DNA of 40,305 nucleotides from a virus (Duplodnaviria; Heunggongvirae; Uroviricota; Caudoviricetes): IMG/VR virus record IMGVR_UViG_2721755720_000005; one strand, 5' to 3'. Shown piece by piece: positions 37,104 to 40,305 of this stretch (position 1 is its first letter; each line of letters starts with the position of its first letter). The notes under the pieces were generated by a model. It saw only the letters and a program-made list of their open reading frames with translations, ran no database searches and was not told where the DNA came from. The position numbers and the translations under genes were made by a program.

Positions 37104-37794
37104 ACTTATTCACTATAACGACAATATCGTCGGTTATGGTTCCCGTGAATTACGGGTTGAGACAATAAGTTGCTGGCTGGCCCGACTGGTCATCGTCAAT
37201 AAACATTACAGCCACCGTTTCGTAAATAATTCATACCTTCATCTGGGAATATTTTCAGAACGGGAGCTGGTTGGCGTAATGCAATGGGGCTATGCCCTTA
37301 ATCCAAACAGTGGTGCACGCGTCGTAACGGGCACGCAGAACCGCGAATATATGGAGCTTAACCGGTTATGGCTGCATGACTGTATGCCGAGAAACTCCGA
37401 ATCAAGGGCCATCAGTTACGCACTCAAACTAATCAGACAGCTTTACCCGCAGGTACAGTGGGTTCAGTCGTTTGCAGATGAGCGTTGTGGCTGTCTTGGT
37501 GTCGTGTACCAGGCAAGCAATTTTGATTATGTAGGCAGCCATGAAACAACATTCTATGAACTTGATGGTGAGTGGTATCACGAGATTTGCAGGAATACCA
37601 TCAAACGAGGTGGACAGAGAGGTGAACATCTGAGGGCTAATATAGACAGAGCCAGTGTTCATAAATTCCGCCAGTTTCGTTACATCCGGTTTCTGGACAA
37701 GAGAGCCAGAAAACGCCTCAATACAAAGCTATTCAAAGTCCAACCTTACCCAAAACCACAAACAGTTAAAACCGGTTTGAAAGAGAGCGGATGA
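37057..37794 (+). CDS. mom: Mom-like DNA modification protein (start uncertain; GTG at 37057 proposed)
   Basis: Long ORF overlapping the 3-prime end of com in another frame and ending just before the right end; no in-frame ATG near the com overlap; GTG 37057 has AAGGA 9 nt upstream. Confidence 0.7.
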
Positions 37795-37840
37795 GTGCTT
37801 AAAAACTCATTCTAAAACTTAAAGGAAAAGCGCCGATTTA

Positions 37841-37906
37841 GTATCAAATAAGTTGCGTATCGGCGTTTTTCAGCGGTATCAAATGAAATGCAAACCGGTA
37901 TCAAAA
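37841..37906 (+). repeat. Right-end transposase-binding-like direct repeats, three copies of GTATCAAA(T/A)
   Basis: Copies at 37841-37849, 37876-37884, 37898-37906, each near a CGCCG motif; located between mom and the truncated host gene. Confidence 0.55.
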
Positions 37907-40305
37907 AAATCGCCGCGCTATATACCTTTTTCCAGAAACATACTCTGCTTAATGTCTTAGTGAACTACAGCGTGTTCGATATTAGCCAAACGCTACTAGT
38001 GATGCGACCGTACCAGATTGCCGCCACTGAGCGTATCTTATGGAAAATCAACAGCTCCTATAAAGCGAAAAACTGGTCTACCCCCGAAAGCGGTGGCTTT
38101 ATCTGGCACACAACCGGTTCTGGTAAAACACTGACCAGCTTTAAAGCCGCACGTCTGGCAACAGAACTGGACTTTATTGATAAAGTTTTCTTTGTGGTCG
38201 ACAGGAAAGACCTCGATTACCAGACCATGAAGGAATATCAGCGTTTTTCGCCAGATAGTGTTAACGGCTCGGAAAATACAGCAGGTCTTAAACGAAATCT
38301 GGATAAGGACGATAACAAAATTATCGTCACCACTATTCAGAAACTTAATAACCTGATGAAAGCAGAAAGCGACCTGCCTGTATACAATCAGCAAGTGGTG
38401 TTTATATTTGATGAATGCCACCGCAGCCAGTTTGGAGAAGCGCAGAAAAACCTGAAGAAGAAATTCAAACGCTATTATCAGTTTGGTTTTACCGGTACCC
38501 CTATTTTCCCGGAAAACGCTTTAGGTTCAGAAACGACCGCCAGTGTATTTGGTCGTGAATTGCATTCATATGTTATTACCGATGCGATTCGAGATGAAAA
38601 AGTGCTTAAATTCAAGGTGGACTACAACGATGTGCGGCCACAGTTTAAGTCTTTAGAGACAGAAACCGACGAGAAAAAACTGAGTGCGGCTGAAAATCAG
38701 CAGGCGTTTCTTCATCCCATGCGTATACAGGAAATTACGCAATATATTCTGAATAACTTCCGCCAGAAGACCCACCGTACTTTCCCAGGTTCCAAAGGCT
38801 TTAATGCCATGCTGGCAGTGAGTAGCGTGGATGCCGCGAAAGCCTATTACGCGACGTTTAAACGGTTACAAGAGGAAGCAGCTAATAAATCGGCTACCTA
38901 TAAACCGCTGCGTGTTGCGACAATCTTCTCCTTTGCCGCCAATGAAGAACAAAATGCCATTGGTGAAATTTCCGATGAAAGTTTTGATACCAGCGCAATG
39001 GACAGCAGTGCTAAAGAGTTTCTTGACGCTGCAATTCGTGAGTATAACAGCTATTTTAAAACTAACTTCAGCACCGAGAGTAACGGTTTTCAGAACTACT
39101 ATCGTGATTTAGCCCAACGGGTTAAAAATCAGGATATCGATCTGTTAATTGTCGTTGGGATGTTTTTAACCGGCTTCGACGCTCCAACATTAAACACGCT
39201 ATTCGTCGATAAAAACTTGCGTTTTCACGGCCTGATGCAGGCATTTTCCCGCACCAACCGCATTTATGACGCGACTAAAACCTTCGGTAATATCGTCACG
39301 TTCCGGGATCTGGAACGCTCAACCATTGATGCCATAACGCTGTTTGGTGACAAAAATACCAAAAATGTGGTTTTAGAAAAGAGTTATGCAGAGTATATGG
39401 AAGGCTTTACAGATGCTGCCACTGGCGAAGCTAAACGCGGCTTTATGGCAGTAGTTTCAGAACTGGAACAAAAGTTCCCTGACCCTGCCAGTATTGAAAG
39501 CGAAAAAGAGAAAAAAGACTTCGTTAAACTGTTTGGTGAATACCTGCGTGCCGAGAACGTCCTGCAAAACTATGATGAATTTGCCACGCTGAAAGCCCTG
39601 CAACAAATCGATCTTAGCGATCCTGTTGCAGTAGAAAAATTCAAAGCAGAACATTATGTGGATGATGAAAAGTTCGCTGAATTGCAAACGATTCGTCTCC
39701 CTGCTGAACGCAAGCTCCAGGATTATCGTTCTGCCTATAACGATATTCGCGACTGGCAGCGCCGTGAGAAAGAAGCTGAGAAAAAAGAGAAATCAACCAC
39801 TGACTGGGATGACGTAGTTTTTGAAATCGATTTGCTGAAGTCTCAGGAAATAAACCTGGATTATATCCTTGGACTTATTTTCGAACACAACAGACAAAAC
39901 AAAGGTAAGGGCGAAATGACCGAAGAGGTCAAGCGCTTAATTCGTTCTAGCCTTGGTAACCGTGCCAAAGAAGGTCTGGTGGTCGATTTTATTCAGCAAA
40001 CGAACCTGGATGATTTGCCGGATAAAGCCAGCATCATTGACGCGTTTTTTACCTTTGCTCAACGCGAACAGCAACGTGAAGCAGAAGCCTTGATCAAAGA
40101 AGAAAATCTCAATGAAGAGGCGGCGAAACGCTATATTCGCACGTCTTTAAAACGCGAATACGCCACCGAAAATGGCACGGAATTAAACGAGACATTGCCA
40201 AAACTCAGTCCGTTAAATCCGCAATATAAGACGAAAAAACAGACGGTTTTCCAGAAGATCGTCGCGTTTATTGAGAAGTTTAAAGGTGTAGGCGGGCAGA
40301 TATAA
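37888..40305 (+). pseudogene. hsdR: Type I restriction enzyme R subunit (HsdR), 3-prime portion only; apparently split by the prophage insertion
   Basis: 805-aa ORF with SF2 helicase motifs TGSGKT, FDECHR and FTGTP; motif I sits about 78 aa from the ORF start whereas HsdR proteins carry roughly 230 aa of nuclease domain before it; the first codons are read-through from phage end sequence. Confidence 0.8.

Larger units (their letters stand above)
1..37934 (+). mobile_element. Mu-like transposable prophage, partial (left end and repressor gene lie outside the window); right boundary approximate, within 37907-37935
   Basis: Canonical Mu gene order ner-A-B-early genes-gam-gemA-mor/C-lysis-terminase-portal-F-G-I-T-tail-com/mom, all on + strand; three direct repeats of a transposase-end-like site at 37841-37906; downstream ORF is an N-terminally truncated host gene. 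Confidence 0.8.

Overview
The window is almost entirely one Mu-like transposable prophage (about 37.9 kb of it), read left to right on the + strand from the c/ner operator region to the right end, followed by the 3-prime ~800 codons of a host type I restriction R-subunit gene (hsdR) that the prophage appears to have split. Gene order is canonical Mu: ner, DDE transposase A, AAA+ protein B, a semi-essential early block including Gam and GemA, a Mor/C-family activator, SAR endolysin and spanins, terminase, portal, F, G, I, major head T, sheath, tube, tape measure, N, P, baseplate, tail fibre, then com/mom. Ner differs from Mu Ner in sequence, so this is a Mu relative rather than Mu itself. The repressor gene and left end lie left of position 1. 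The most unusual content is a cargo block at 32.3-36.6 kb, where Mu carries the invertible G segment and gin: here there is no invertase, only an orphan minus-strand tail-fibre-assembly gene, a 689-aa protein with an SGNH/sialate-O-acetylesterase motif, a Pro/Thr linker and a lectin-like C-terminal domain, two small genes, and an AT-rich minus-strand zinc-ribbon membrane protein. No CRISPR array, integrase or complete tRNA was seen. All calls rest on reading the sequence and ORF track and on remembered family features; no database search was run. Coordinates of small motifs were counted by eye and could be off by a base or two.
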